Positions 18,803-28,804 of a stretch of 64,000 nucleotides of DNA are shown here, one piece after another. Every line of letters begins with the position of its first letter. Within the stretch, counting starts at the first letter, position 1. This stretch comes from Trueperaceae bacterium (lineage in GTDB: Bacteria > Deinococcota > Deinococci > Deinococcales > Trueperaceae). Location: positions 34,298-98,297 of the forward strand of contig DASSXV010000023.1 in NCBI GenBank assembly GCA_035703635.1, in the 5' to 3' direction. The notes beneath the pieces are model-generated. The model did no database searches. It was not told the origin of the DNA and saw nothing but the letters and a program-made list of their open reading frames with translations. Made by a program: the position numbers and the translations under genes.

Positions 18803-20104
18803 TTAGAAGTTGGCGTTGTACTCGGCGAGGGCCGCGTCGGCTAAGCGCTTGGCTTCTTCCAATGCGGACTCAACGGTGGCGCCAGCGAGGACCTTCTGAA
18901 CGGCCTGCTCGACGATGGTGCGGGTGGCCTGGAAGGTGCCCATGAGCGCGCCTGCGGTAGCCGAGTTGGGGATGGTGTCAAGGAGCTGGTCGAAGGCCGT
19001 GCTGGCGTTCGGGAACTCGGTGAACCAGCCCTCGTCACGCAGGAGTTGCACGCTGCTGATGCGCACCGGGTAGTAGCCGGTTGCCTTGTGCCACGACACC
19101 ATGTTCTCTGCGTTCGTCATGTACAGGACGAAGTCGCGAGCAACGAGGAGCTCTTCCATCGGGTGGTCGCGGACGATCCACACGCTGGCGCCCCCGATCA
19201 CGACGCCGTTGCGGGTTACGCCGTCCTGGATGGGCAGCATGCCAGTAACGAGCTCGAACTTGTCGCCGACCGCGTTGGTGATGTTGACGAGGTCAGCGGT
19301 CGAGGTGATGTGGAACATGACCTTGCCGTTGGTGAAGATGGCGTCCGAGCCGTCCCAGTCCTCGAGCTTGCCCGTGTAGGTGTAGTAGCCCTTGTCGTTC
19401 ATGGCCTTCCACCAGTTGAAGACGTTGGTTACGGCCTCGGACGTGAGTAGGACTTCGGTGGCGCGCCCGGCGCGCCCGTTGTCATTGTTCACGAGCGTTG
19501 CGCCCTGCTCAGCGACCCACTGCTCGACGAACCAACCGTTGAGGCTTACCCCGAAGCACTTGACGTCGGAGGTGAGGACCCCGGCCGCTGCCGCTGCGTC
19601 GCAGGCGGCCAGCATCTCGGAGTAGGTGAGTGGCACCGTCGTCACGCCAGCTGCGTCCATCAGGGTCTTGTTGGCGTAGGTGATGGGGCTGGAGGAGTTG
19701 AAGGGGATGGAGTTCACTTGCCCGTCGATGGTGTAGTAGTTCAGCACCGGGGCGATGTAATCAGACGTGTCGAACTCACCAAGTTCACCGACGGGGATGA
19801 AGATGCCGGAGTCGACGGCGATCTGGCTGCCTACCTCGTAAAGCTGCACGAGGTGCGGAGGGTTACCCTGGCGGGCCGCAAGAACGGCCGCCTGCTGCGT
19901 TTCCGGGTAGCTGCCCTTGCGCTCGCCGACCATCACGTACGGCCGACCGTCCTCGGCGAGTTGAGCGTTGAACTCGGTCATGCGGTCTTGGATCCAACCA
20001 GAGCGGTTGGCGTCCGAGAATGCATACCAGAACTCAATTTGGGTTTGGGCGAGTACGAACGAGAGCGAGGCGAGGGTAACTATGGCGAAAATAACGCGTT
20101 TCAC
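18803..20104 (-). CDS. ABC substrate-binding protein, UgpB-like (glycerol-3-phosphate/sugar)
   Basis: Signal peptide; KGSYPET, PPHLVQLYEVG, SIPFNSSSPI, IGGASVW, WHKATGYYP. Confidence 0.9.
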   Translation of the reverse strand: MKRVIFAIVTLASLSFVLAQTQIEFWYAFSDANRSGWIQDRMTEFNAQLAEDGRPYVMVGERKGSYPETQQAAVLAARQGNPPHLVQLYEVGSQIAVDSGIFIPVGELGEFDTSDYIAPVLNYYTIDGQVNSIPFNSSSPITYANKTLMDAAGVTTVPLTYSEMLAACDAAAAAGVLTSDVKCFGVSLNGWFVEQWVAEQGATLVNNDNGRAGRATEVLLTSEAVTNVFNWWKAMNDKGYYTYTGKLEDWDGSDAIFTNGKVMFHITSTADLVNITNAVGDKFELVTGMLPIQDGVTRNGVVIGGASVWIVRDHPMEELLVARDFVLYMTNAENMVSWHKATGYYPVRISSVQLLRDEGWFTEFPNASTAFDQLLDTIPNSATAGALMGTFQATRTIVEQAVQKVLAGATVESALEEAKRLADAALAEYNANF

Positions 20105-20232
20105 GTCGACCTCCTACATTGTCGAAGGCTAAGCCTCCGCATGGCCTTGAAAAACCCGGTACCTGCACTATACGACCGTCAGGCTCCAAAGTGGCCACGG
20201 GTCAAACGTAGGACGTCGTTGTCAGGCAGAGG

Positions 20233-20670
20233 TCAGCTCCCAGGCGCCTCCCCTTCGTCGGGCGCTGGAACGAAGTTCAACGCGGCCGAGTTGATGCAGT
20301 AGCGCAGCCCTTTCGGCCCCGGCCCGTCGGGGAAGACGTGCCCTAGGTGCGCTCCGCACGTTGCGCACCGCACTTCGATGCGCTGCATGCCGTGCGAGAG
20401 GTCCTCATGAGTCGTGACGTGACCCTGCGCCGCCACCTCTGAGAAGCTCGGCCAGCCGCAGTTCGAGTGAAACTTGTCCGGCGCGTCGAAGAGTTCGGTG
20501 CCGCAGACCACGCAGCGGTAATCGCCTGGTGCGAAGTGATCCCAGAACTCACCCGTGAACGGCGCCTCCGTGCCAGCTTCCTGCGTTACGCGCCACTCCA
20601 GCGGGCTCAAGCGCCCGCGGAGTTCTGCAGGCGTTTCTAGCTTCGTGTCGTGTTCACCGTTCTGTCTCAT
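20233..20670 (-). CDS. msrB: Peptide-methionine (R)-S-oxide reductase
   Basis: GTEAPF, CVVC, KFHSNCGWPSF, CATCGAHLGHVFPDGP, RYCINS. Confidence 0.97.
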   Translation of the reverse strand: MRQNGEHDTKLETPAELRGRLSPLEWRVTQEAGTEAPFTGEFWDHFAPGDYRCVVCGTELFDAPDKFHSNCGWPSFSEVAAQGHVTTHEDLSHGMQRIEVRCATCGAHLGHVFPDGPGPKGLRYCINSAALNFVPAPDEGEAPGS

Positions 20671-20748
20671 GACCGAAGTGTAGGCCCGCGTGCATGGTGG
20701 TCGTAGCGCTTGGGATACCCCTCTGGCCCCAACTACGACGGTGGCAGC

Positions 20749-21495
20749 TCAGGGGTTGAGGACCCCGAAGTGCGCCCCGTTCTCGTCGCTGAACACGGCC
20801 ACGCGCCCCTCCCTAGTGGCTGCCGGCCCGAAGAGCACCGCGCCGCCGCCTGCCTGAACGGCAGCCACGGCTGCGTCGGTGTCGTGAACTTGAAAGTACG
20901 GCGTCCACTCGTCGCGAGCCTGGTAGTCCTGGCGTGGGCTGATCCCGCATGCCGGTTTACCTCCCAGGTTGAGGATGCGCTGCCCACCACTCGTCACTGG
21001 CGCGGCTTCATAGCCGAACAGCCCGCAGTAGAACGCCACTGCCGCCTCGACGTCGGCCACGCTCGCCTCGCACCAGGCGAAGCCGCCGTGCTCCGCGCGC
21101 GCCTCGAAGCCGTGGTTGTGATACGCCTGCCATAGGCCGAACCTAGCCCCACCGGGGGCCTCCGCTAGCGCGATAAGGGCCTGCTGAGGGATCTCGGTTG
21201 GTTCCAAGACGATGATGGCGCCGAGGTCGTTGGCCCTGGCGACAGCCTTACGCACGTCGGCGACCGCGAAGGAGACGGTCCAGCTTGGAGCGGCGTCCGG
21301 GCTCGACAGCGAACCTATGCCCGCCGCGCGCTTCCCCGCCTCGAGGGCAGTGTGATAGTAGCCGAGCTCCGAGGGGGCCACGTTGTACTCCCAACCGAAC
21401 ACGTGCTGGTAGAAGCCGGCGGTCGCTGGCACGTCAGGCGCAGTAACGTCGGCCCACACCGCTTGGCCAATTCGATCAACGATCTTCTCTGGCAT
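20749..21495 (-). CDS. Two-domain VOC/glyoxalase-family protein
   Basis: Duplicated W.D/E...D.....FY..FG and W..YF.V.D...GA.FG modules. Confidence 0.88.
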   Translation of the reverse strand: MPEKIVDRIGQAVWADVTAPDVPATAGFYQHVFGWEYNVAPSELGYYHTALEAGKRAAGIGSLSSPDAAPSWTVSFAVADVRKAVARANDLGAIIVLEPTEIPQQALIALAEAPGGARFGLWQAYHNHGFEARAEHGGFAWCEASVADVEAAVAFYCGLFGYEAAPVTSGGQRILNLGGKPACGISPRQDYQARDEWTPYFQVHDTDAAVAAVQAGGGAVLFGPAATREGRVAVFSDENGAHFGVLNP

Positions 21496-21628
21496 GACTA
21501 TCTCCCCTTAGCTTGCGGCACACTCAAACGTTGGCCGCCTCGCGCACGCGCGAGGCGGCGGTCTCAAGTACATTAGCGCGCCCGCGGCGCTACACTTCTG
21601 CCATGGCCACACTTTGGCGCAGGCGCGA

Positions 21629-22738
21629 GTGAGGCGGCAGGCCCAACTGGTCACGCCAGGCTCTAGCGGCAACCACGGTGGCAACTCGGGCGCCGGGCCC
21701 AGCGGTTGGCGCGGGGTCGTCGCAGGCTTGCCACCACAAGCGTTCGCGCTCGTGATGGCAACGGGCATCGTCGCCATCGCTTGCGACCTAGTCGGAAAGC
21801 GCGGCGTTGCCCTCACGCTGACCTGGCTCAACCTCGTCACTTACGGGGTCATCTGCTTGCTGCTCGCGCTGCGCCTGATGCTTTACCCGCGCCGTGCGCT
21901 GCTGGACTTCGCCGACCATCACGTTGGACCCGGGTATTTCACGTGGGTGGCGGGCACCGCCGTGCTCGGCGGGCAGGTCCTGCTGCTCCTCGGCGATTAC
22001 GGCGTCGCGCGGGTGCTCTGGTGGGTGACGGCGGCGCTCTGGCTTCTAGTCACTTACGGGTTCTTCGCGGCCGTGACGCTCGCGCGGCGCAAGCCGCGCC
22101 TCGATCGCGCCATCAGCGGAGCGTGGTTGCTCGCCGTCGTAGCTACGCAAGCTGTGGCCTTGTTGGCCGCCCAGCTAGCTAACGCTCGCCCGTGGGGCGG
22201 CGACGAGTTCGTGTTCGTCGCGCTCTGCTTGTTCCTCGTCGGCGCCGTGCTCTACCTCCTCGTCATCGGCCTGATCTTCTACCGCTTCACGTTCTTGCCC
22301 CTCGACGCCGCGCAGTTGGCGCCGCCCTACTGGATCAACATGGGCGCGCTCGCCATAACCACGCTGACGGGCGCGACGCTCCTCGCTCACCAGGGTGACG
22401 CCGCCTACCTGAGCGCCCTCACCCCGTTCCTATTAGGTTTCACGCTGCTCTTCTGGGCGTTCGGCAGTTGGTGGGTGCCACTGTTGCTCGTGTTCGGCTC
22501 GTGGCGGCACCTCGTGGCGCGCTACCCGCTCCGTTACGAGACCGAGTACTGGGGTCTCGTCTTCCCGCTCGGAATGTACTCTGTCGCCAGTCACCACCTC
22601 GCCGAGCACCTTGGCGTTGGGCTCGTGGCGTGGCTAGCAGGGCTGTTCGCGTGGCTGGCAGCCGCGGCGTGGACGATAACCTACCTTGCGATGTGGGCGT
22701 CAGGCTTCGGCGCGAGAAGCAGGCGCATGCCACGCTGA
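21629..22738 (+). CDS. TDT/SLAC1 family (tellurite-resistance/C4-dicarboxylate) transporter; start uncertain
   Basis: FALVMATGI, GAWLLAVVATQ, PPYWINMGALAITTL, YWGLVFPLGMY. Confidence 0.88.
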   Translation: MRRQAQLVTPGSSGNHGGNSGAGPSGWRGVVAGLPPQAFALVMATGIVAIACDLVGKRGVALTLTWLNLVTYGVICLLLALRLMLYPRRALLDFADHHVGPGYFTWVAGTAVLGGQVLLLLGDYGVARVLWWVTAALWLLVTYGFFAAVTLARRKPRLDRAISGAWLLAVVATQAVALLAAQLANARPWGGDEFVFVALCLFLVGAVLYLLVIGLIFYRFTFLPLDAAQLAPPYWINMGALAITTLTGATLLAHQGDAAYLSALTPFLLGFTLLFWAFGSWWVPLLLVFGSWRHLVARYPLRYETEYWGLVFPLGMYSVASHHLAEHLGVGLVAWLAGLFAWLAAAAWTITYLAMWASGFGARSRRMPR

Positions 22739-22784
22739 GGGTGCGTGACGGCTACTGGCCGCGAACCCGCCCCTCACTGCGAGG

Positions 22785-24113
22785 ATGAAAGCCATGGCCG
22801 AACTCCTGCACGTCGTCCACTGCGTAGATACTGAGGGGCCGCTCTACGAGTCCCTGGCCGCCACCTTCGAACGGGTGGAGGCCATGACGGGCCAGCGCTT
22901 CGAGCCCACGCGCGCCAACCTCGCCGCGCTGCAGGCGGGACGCATCGACCTCGGCGGGCGAGAAGCCGCCGTCAGCATCGCGCTTGCCCCGCGACTCCTG
23001 GCCTACAACGACGACTGGGGCAAGGTGGACGCCATGCTTGACGAACTCCTCAGCCCCGCTTACCGCCAGCGTTACGCCGACCCGGCAGGCGGGCCGTGGA
23101 CGTACAACTGGTTCTGCGTCGACCACGTTGGCTACACGAGCAACCCACGCAGGCGCGACATGGGTTACCACAACGTCTTCGACCACTATAGAGCGCGCCT
23201 AGCAGGCAGCGACGCGCCAGACGAGATCCACTGGCACGCTCACCCCATGCCGCCCTCCCGCGAAGCCCACCGCAACGCCACTTCCTACCTGCGCTCGCCA
23301 CACATCTTCGAGACGCTCGCAAGGCGCGTCATCGACCGGGGCTACTTCCCTAGTGTCTTCAGGCCCGGCTTCCACGTCGAACGCGCTGACAGCCACTGGT
23401 TGCTCGAGCAGTACGTGCCGTTCGATTACGCCAACCAGGCTGTCCCCACCGCGGGCCTCGAGGAGGAGCAGGCAGACCTGGCGGGCGGGCGCTGGGGTGA
23501 CTGGCGGCGCGCGCCTGACGACTGGTCGCCCTACCACCCGGCGCACGACGACTACCAACGGCCGGGCGCCTGCCGCCGTACCATCTTCCGCTGCCTCAAC
23601 GTGGGTACGCGGCTGCGGTTGCTCGACGAGGTCGAAGTGCGGCGCGCTTTCGCGAGGGCTGCCGCTGGGCACACGACCGCCCTGGCGTTCACTAACCACG
23701 ACTTCCGCGACATGCGCCCTGACGTGAGCCACGTCCACGAGCTGATTCGTCGTGTGGCAAGCGATTACCCTGGCGTCGCCTGGCGGCATTCCGGGGCGCT
23801 CGAGGCAGCGCGCTCCGTCCTCGGCCTCACGTCGCCCGGACCTTTGACCCTGCAGGTCGACGTAGAGCGCAACGCGTCCGCCATGCGCGTTGCGGTGCGC
23901 GCCAGCCACGCGCTGTTCGGACCGCAACCGTTCTTCGCGGTCAAGCTTCACGACAACCGTTACTCGTTCGACAACCTCGACGTGCAAGAACCGTTCCACG
24001 CCTGGAGTTACGTCTTCGACGAGCAGACGTTCAGGCCGGAGGCGGTGGCGGCGTTCGGGTTCGGCGCAACCGACGCGTACGGACAAGCGGTAACCATGTG
24101 CATAGACGGCTAG
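22785..24113 (+). CDS. Hypothetical metal-dependent hydrolase, polysaccharide-deacetylase-like
   Basis: HCVDTEG, EIHWHAH, FRPG and FTNHD motifs resemble NodB/CE4-like barrels; no signal peptide. Confidence 0.55.
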   Translation: MKAMAELLHVVHCVDTEGPLYESLAATFERVEAMTGQRFEPTRANLAALQAGRIDLGGREAAVSIALAPRLLAYNDDWGKVDAMLDELLSPAYRQRYADPAGGPWTYNWFCVDHVGYTSNPRRRDMGYHNVFDHYRARLAGSDAPDEIHWHAHPMPPSREAHRNATSYLRSPHIFETLARRVIDRGYFPSVFRPGFHVERADSHWLLEQYVPFDYANQAVPTAGLEEEQADLAGGRWGDWRRAPDDWSPYHPAHDDYQRPGACRRTIFRCLNVGTRLRLLDEVEVRRAFARAAAGHTTALAFTNHDFRDMRPDVSHVHELIRRVASDYPGVAWRHSGALEAARSVLGLTSPGPLTLQVDVERNASAMRVAVRASHALFGPQPFFAVKLHDNRYSFDNLDVQEPFHAWSYVFDEQTFRPEAVAAFGFGATDAYGQAVTMCIDG

Positions 24114-24122
24114 AGTGGCCCA

Positions 24123-24977
24123 GTGCCAAGTAGCAGCCCCGCCCGCTTCTCGCGTAGGTCGTTCTTGAGAGGCATAGGGTGGGCGGCGGTGGCCGGAGGG
24201 CTGCTCGCGGCAGAATCCGTGCGGGAGGCCTACGCCTTCGAGGTAAGCAGGGAGTTCAGGGCCGTGCGCGGCCTGGTGCAACCCCTCACCGTCTCCTTCC
24301 TTACGGACTTCCACCTTGGCCCGTACCTCCACGAACGCCAGTTGCGCGCGTGGGTCAGCGCTAGCAACGCCCTTGACCCCGACCTGGTCGTGATCGGCGG
24401 CGACCTCGTCGACCGCTTCTACGGCGGCGACTTGAGTGAGCTGGTGACCCAAGTCGGGCGCCTGCAGAGCGAACTTGGCGTGCTGGTGGTGGCGGGCAAC
24501 CACGACCGCACGCGCTACCCAGACTTGGCGCCGCTCGTTGCCGCCGTGCAGGCCGCTGGCGCCACCTTCCTCGTCAACCGAGGCGTGCGGGTGCGCGACG
24601 ACCTGGTGGTTGGCGGCGTCGACGACTTCAGGCGCGGTCGCCCGAACCTGGCGCGCGCTTTCAGGGACGTGGCCGCTGGCGCTGGCGCGCGCGTGCTCGT
24701 GAGCCACAACCCGGACATCATCCCAACGCTCGGGCCGGACACGGCCGCAGGCAGGCCCGTCGACCTCGTGCTGAGCGGCCACACGCACGGCGGTCAGGTG
24801 CGCCTGCCGTTCGTCGGCCCGCTCGTCACATCGTCGGCGTACGGCGCCCGTTACGCGGAGGGTTGGGTCGAGGCGCCGATGCCCGCGTTCGTGTCGCGCG
24901 GCCTCGGCGTGACGCTCGTGCCGTTCCGCTTGGATTGCGCACCGCAGGTCGTTCTCCTCGACCTGGAACCGGCCTGA
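24123..24977 (+). CDS. Calcineurin-like metallophosphoesterase with Tat signal (YkuE-like)
   Basis: SRRSFL twin-arginine; DFH, GDLVD, GNHD, HNP, GHTHGGQ. Confidence 0.92.
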   Translation: MPSSSPARFSRRSFLRGIGWAAVAGGLLAAESVREAYAFEVSREFRAVRGLVQPLTVSFLTDFHLGPYLHERQLRAWVSASNALDPDLVVIGGDLVDRFYGGDLSELVTQVGRLQSELGVLVVAGNHDRTRYPDLAPLVAAVQAAGATFLVNRGVRVRDDLVVGGVDDFRRGRPNLARAFRDVAAGAGARVLVSHNPDIIPTLGPDTAAGRPVDLVLSGHTHGGQVRLPFVGPLVTSSAYGARYAEGWVEAPMPAFVSRGLGVTLVPFRLDCAPQVVLLDLEPA

Positions 24978-24981
24978 ACGA

Positions 24982-26289
24982 TCAGTCGACGAGCTCGAGC
25001 AGCCCGGCCGCCAGGCAGCGTTGGGCCGCGCTGTGCAGATCGGCGAGTGGCAGGCCGCTGCGCTCGTGGACGGCTAGGAGGTCATGGTCGCCGTCCGCGA
25101 AGTTGAGCACCCAGAAGATGGCGTCAGCTGCGCCGACGTTGCTCGCCCCGACCGTAAGGTCGGGGTAGAGGCCGCGGCCGCCGAGCTGCGGCTCCCCGAA
25201 CGGCGCCAGGCTGCGGTAGCGCGCACCACCTTGCTCGAGGGTGAGGCACAGCGCCTCGCATGCATCGATCGAACCCTGCAAGGCGGCGAACGAGATGAAC
25301 GCCTTGTCGTCATCCGAAGTGTGGTACTCGGGGTAGGTGCCGTACATGCTGCGCATGACGCTCCCGACGGGCAGGTCGAAACCGGGCGAGCAGTACTGCC
25401 GCTCGTCTGAGCCCAGCGGCGAGAAGTCGTGCCAGCGCACCTCCCCGAAAGCCGGAAGTGCGGCCACGGCCGCGCGGTCTGCGAGGCTGTCGCCGCGGCG
25501 CGAGCGCTTGTACGTTAGGGCGGCCCTGTCACCAAGGCATGTGAGCACGTACCCGGCGTCTAGCCTCTCGAGCAGGTGCTGACCGCGCATGCTCAGGTAG
25601 ACGATCGCGCCGATCGTTTCCGCCGCGAACACGAACCTGAACCCGAGACGGCGTGTCGGCCACTTGGCGAGGCGCGCGTACAGCCCAGCGGCCACCAGGG
25701 GGCCGGAGAGCTCGTTGTTGGCAAGCGATGGGTGGCACGTGTAGCTGGAGAGCAGCACCTCCCGACCCGACGTGCCGGGCAGCAGGCAGTCAGAGAGGGT
25801 CATGGCGCCGGGGAACGTCTCCGTGTCGACGACTACCTCGTACTCGCCCTCAGGCAACGCGTCGCGCTGGCGCTGGCTGAGGCAGAAGCCCCAGCGTGGG
25901 GCGTAGTAGCTAGTGGCGTACGGCACGGCGTTGGGCCGAGCTGGTAGCGAGTAGAGGTGGGCGTCAAGCTCTGAGCGCGAGAGGCGCCCGCGAAAAGCGA
26001 CGGAGTAGCCGAGCAGGTGCAGGTTGGAGTCGGCGTAGTCGATGACGCGCGTACCGTCGGGGCCGACCACGTAAGCCGCGTTGACGCGCCACTCGAGCGG
26101 CACGGTCCAGTCGTAGGCCGGCGTGCCGCTGGCAACCTCGTAACGCTCGAGCGGCATGGTCTCGGCCAGCACGTCGTGCGTCTCACGCACGCCAGCGCCG
26201 GTCAAGCTGCGCGCTAGGGGCCAGAGGCGGTCGAAGGTCGCTTCCAGCCAGGCGCGCTCCAGCTCTGCGCTAGTGGCGGCACTGCTCAC
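24982..26289 (-). CDS. DUF4910 (DUF2172) aminopeptidase-like protein with C-terminal wHTH
   Basis: RSLTGAGVRET, DWTVPLEW, NLHLLGYS, PYATSYY..WGFC, CHPSLANNELSGP, GSDERQYCSPG, YPEYHTS. Confidence 0.9.
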   Translation of the reverse strand: MSSAATSAELERAWLEATFDRLWPLARSLTGAGVRETHDVLAETMPLERYEVASGTPAYDWTVPLEWRVNAAYVVGPDGTRVIDYADSNLHLLGYSVAFRGRLSRSELDAHLYSLPARPNAVPYATSYYAPRWGFCLSQRQRDALPEGEYEVVVDTETFPGAMTLSDCLLPGTSGREVLLSSYTCHPSLANNELSGPLVAAGLYARLAKWPTRRLGFRFVFAAETIGAIVYLSMRGQHLLERLDAGYVLTCLGDRAALTYKRSRRGDSLADRAAVAALPAFGEVRWHDFSPLGSDERQYCSPGFDLPVGSVMRSMYGTYPEYHTSDDDKAFISFAALQGSIDACEALCLTLEQGGARYRSLAPFGEPQLGGRGLYPDLTVGASNVGAADAIFWVLNFADGDHDLLAVHERSGLPLADLHSAAQRCLAAGLLELVD

Positions 26290-27593
26290 ACGGTTATCTC
26301 GCCGCGCTCGCGCTGGTCGGCGCTGGTCGCCGCTCGCGCTCCGGGCACGAGGTCGAACAGCTCGGCGGCGCCAACTCGCTGACGGTCGGCTTGCGCCCTC
26401 AGTCGTTGCCGTAGCGCCGCGCCTGAGTTGATGTGGTCGAGAGCAACGGCTAGGACGTCGGGCACCGCCGCCGTTAGGTCAGAGGCGTCCGCCTGCGGTT
26501 GCGGTAGGCCGAACTCCTCAGCCAAGCCCTTCAGCTTGTGTGAGTTGGTGCTCAGCGGCACGAACGGCGTTCCCCCGAGCAGTCCGAAGATGGCCGGGTG
26601 CCACCTCCCGCCAACGTACGCCCGCGCGCCGGCCAACAGGTCGACGGCTTGTTGAACTGGGGTCGCCAGCCCGACCAGCGGGAGGCCGTTGTCGGCGGCC
26701 AAACGCCTGAACACGCGCTCGTCTGGCACGTCAGAAGCGGTGAGCAGTACTCCGACTCCGGCCTTCTTCAGCGCCGCTACAAGCGCTGCATACCCGGAGC
26801 TGGCCTGCTGCAAGCTAGCCGTGCGGGAGAGCAGCGCACTACCCCCGACGGCGACGTAGGGCTCGGCAGGGTCGAAGCGTGCGCTGTCTGGCCATACGTC
26901 GAAGTACCCTGGCCGCCTCACGACGTCGAACCAGGTCTCCCCAGTGACGGGGTGGTAGCTGAAGGCGGCGTCTGGCACGGCGAGTCCAGATGGTAGGAAC
27001 GGCGTGCAGGAGACCAGCGAGAGGCGGTCGCGGAACGCGACTAGGTCAAGGCGCGGGTAGATGTGCTCCGCGAGCTCGCGCATGGTCGAGTCGGCGAGGT
27101 CGGCGGTGTGGTTGACGAAACCAACCCACTTCCGGAGCCGCACCTTGGCCACGTACGCGATGAACATGAGGGCCTTGCCGAGGCGTTGCGCGCCGTATAT
27201 GGCCCCCTCGCCGTTGATGACGACTCCGTCCGCTTGGCTGAGGCGCGCAAGCACGCTCTCTAGGATCGCGCCTCCGAGCATGGCGTTGGCGGCGGCGTCC
27301 AGACCAGCGGCGACCTTCGGCACCACGTCTGGCAGGCGCGGCCTCACCTTGTCGAACGCCGACGAAGCAAGGTTCCTGAAGTACGGCCTGCGCGGCGTGT
27401 GCTTGTCCAACCACTCTGCCGTCCGCCGCCAGGAGCGGCGGTCGGCAGGTGTGAAGCCCTGAAGCTCTTCCAGGTAGACGCTCGAGACGATCTCGTGCCC
27501 GGCGCGCTCTAGGCCGTCCTTGAGGGCGCGGCTCGTAGCTCGGCAGCCCCAGTTCGGGTTGTGGCTGGTGTCGTTGACTAGGCATACGCGCAT
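26286..27593 (-). CDS. Polysaccharide pyruvyl transferase-family protein
   Basis: NDTS.N.NWGC, INGEG, FRDRLS, VPDAAF, GGRWH, SHK motifs; start ATG 27593. Confidence 0.75.
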   Translation of the reverse strand: MRVCLVNDTSHNPNWGCRATSRALKDGLERAGHEIVSSVYLEELQGFTPADRRSWRRTAEWLDKHTPRRPYFRNLASSAFDKVRPRLPDVVPKVAAGLDAAANAMLGGAILESVLARLSQADGVVINGEGAIYGAQRLGKALMFIAYVAKVRLRKWVGFVNHTADLADSTMRELAEHIYPRLDLVAFRDRLSLVSCTPFLPSGLAVPDAAFSYHPVTGETWFDVVRRPGYFDVWPDSARFDPAEPYVAVGGSALLSRTASLQQASSGYAALVAALKKAGVGVLLTASDVPDERVFRRLAADNGLPLVGLATPVQQAVDLLAGARAYVGGRWHPAIFGLLGGTPFVPLSTNSHKLKGLAEEFGLPQPQADASDLTAAVPDVLAVALDHINSGAALRQRLRAQADRQRVGAAELFDLVPGARAATSADQRERGEITV

Positions 27594-27603
27594 GGTTGGG
27601 GGG

Positions 27604-28800
27604 CTACCTGGTCGCCTCCGCCACGACTTCGGCCACGATGTTCCCGGCCGCATGCAACGACTCAACTGACAGGGTGGGGTGCACTTGGAACATGAGCGAC
27701 GTGTCGCCAAGCTCGTGCGCGACGGGCAGCGGCCTGGTTGGGCCCGTTGACGACGCACTGAACGCGAGCTCGCGGTAGATCTCGCTGCAGCTGCCGACGA
27801 GGACGGGCACTCCGGCATCGTAGATGGTGGTCTGGATGCGGTCACGCGACCAGCCCGGCTTCAACGCCTCCGGGCGCACGTAAGCGTAGAACTTGTAGTA
27901 CGAGTGGCGCGTGCTTTCCGGCGGCCGCGGCACGCGCAGCGCGCTGAGCGGCTCGAGGTACGAGCGCAGGATGTCGGCGTTACGCCGCCTGGTGGCGACG
28001 GACTCGGCTAGCCGCGCGAGCTGGATGCGCCCGATGGCCGCCTGCATCTCCGTCATGCGCCAGTTCGTGCCGAACGACTCGTGGAGCCAGCGGTACCCGC
28101 TCGGGTGCTTGCGGTTGAACACCGCGTCGTAGCTCTTGCCGTGGTCCTTGAACGCCCACGCCGTCTCCCAGCCGTGCTCCTCGTCAAGGGCAAGCAGCCC
28201 ACCCTCACCGCCCGTGGTCATGATCTTGTCTTGGCAGAAGGAGAAGGCAGACGCGTGCCCGAGGCTGCCGACGGGCTTGCCCTTGTACTCGGCGCCATGA
28301 GCTTGAGCGCAATCCTCTATCACGGCGAGGCCGTGCTCGGCAGCTAGGTCGTTTATCGGGTCCATGTCGGCTGGCCAACCGGCTAGGTGCACGACGATGA
28401 TGGCGCGCGTGCGGGGAGTGATCACCGGCGCGATCGTCTCAGCGGTGATGTTGCCGCTATCAGGGTCGACGTCGGCCAGCACGGGCGTCGCACCGCGCAT
28501 GATGGCGGCGCTGGCGGAAGCGATGAAGGTGCGCGGTGACGTGATCACCTCCGCGCCGGGCCCGATGCCAAGCGCAACCAACGCCAACTCGAGCGCCACC
28601 GAACCGTTCATCACGGCTACGGCGTGGCGCCGTCCGAGTGAGGCCGCGTACTCGCGTTCGAACGAGAACACTTCCTGACCCGTCCACTGGTTGACCTTGC
28701 CAGAGACGAGGACGCGCTGCACCGCAGCGATCTCGCTGTCGTCGTACTGAGGCCAGGGAGACCAAGCCGACTCAAGCACGTGGTGGGTCAACTGCGACAT
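27604..28800 (-). CDS. DegT/DnrJ/EryC1/StrS sugar aminotransferase (PglE/EpsN-like)
   Basis: NGSVALELAL, IEDCAQAHGA, FSFCQDKIMTTGGEGG (PLP lysine), GTNWRMTE. Confidence 0.95.
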   Translation of the reverse strand: MSQLTHHVLESAWSPWPQYDDSEIAAVQRVLVSGKVNQWTGQEVFSFEREYAASLGRRHAVAVMNGSVALELALVALGIGPGAEVITSPRTFIASASAAIMRGATPVLADVDPDSGNITAETIAPVITPRTRAIIVVHLAGWPADMDPINDLAAEHGLAVIEDCAQAHGAEYKGKPVGSLGHASAFSFCQDKIMTTGGEGGLLALDEEHGWETAWAFKDHGKSYDAVFNRKHPSGYRWLHESFGTNWRMTEMQAAIGRIQLARLAESVATRRRNADILRSYLEPLSALRVPRPPESTRHSYYKFYAYVRPEALKPGWSRDRIQTTIYDAGVPVLVGSCSEIYRELAFSASSTGPTRPLPVAHELGDTSLMFQVHPTLSVESLHAAGNIVAEVVAEATR

Positions 28801-28804
28801 ACGC

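Noticed and set aside
23199-24788. 529-aa minus-strand ORF
   Set aside because: Antisense shadow of two plus-strand genes with clear motifs; no recognisable domain; typical of high-GC DNA.
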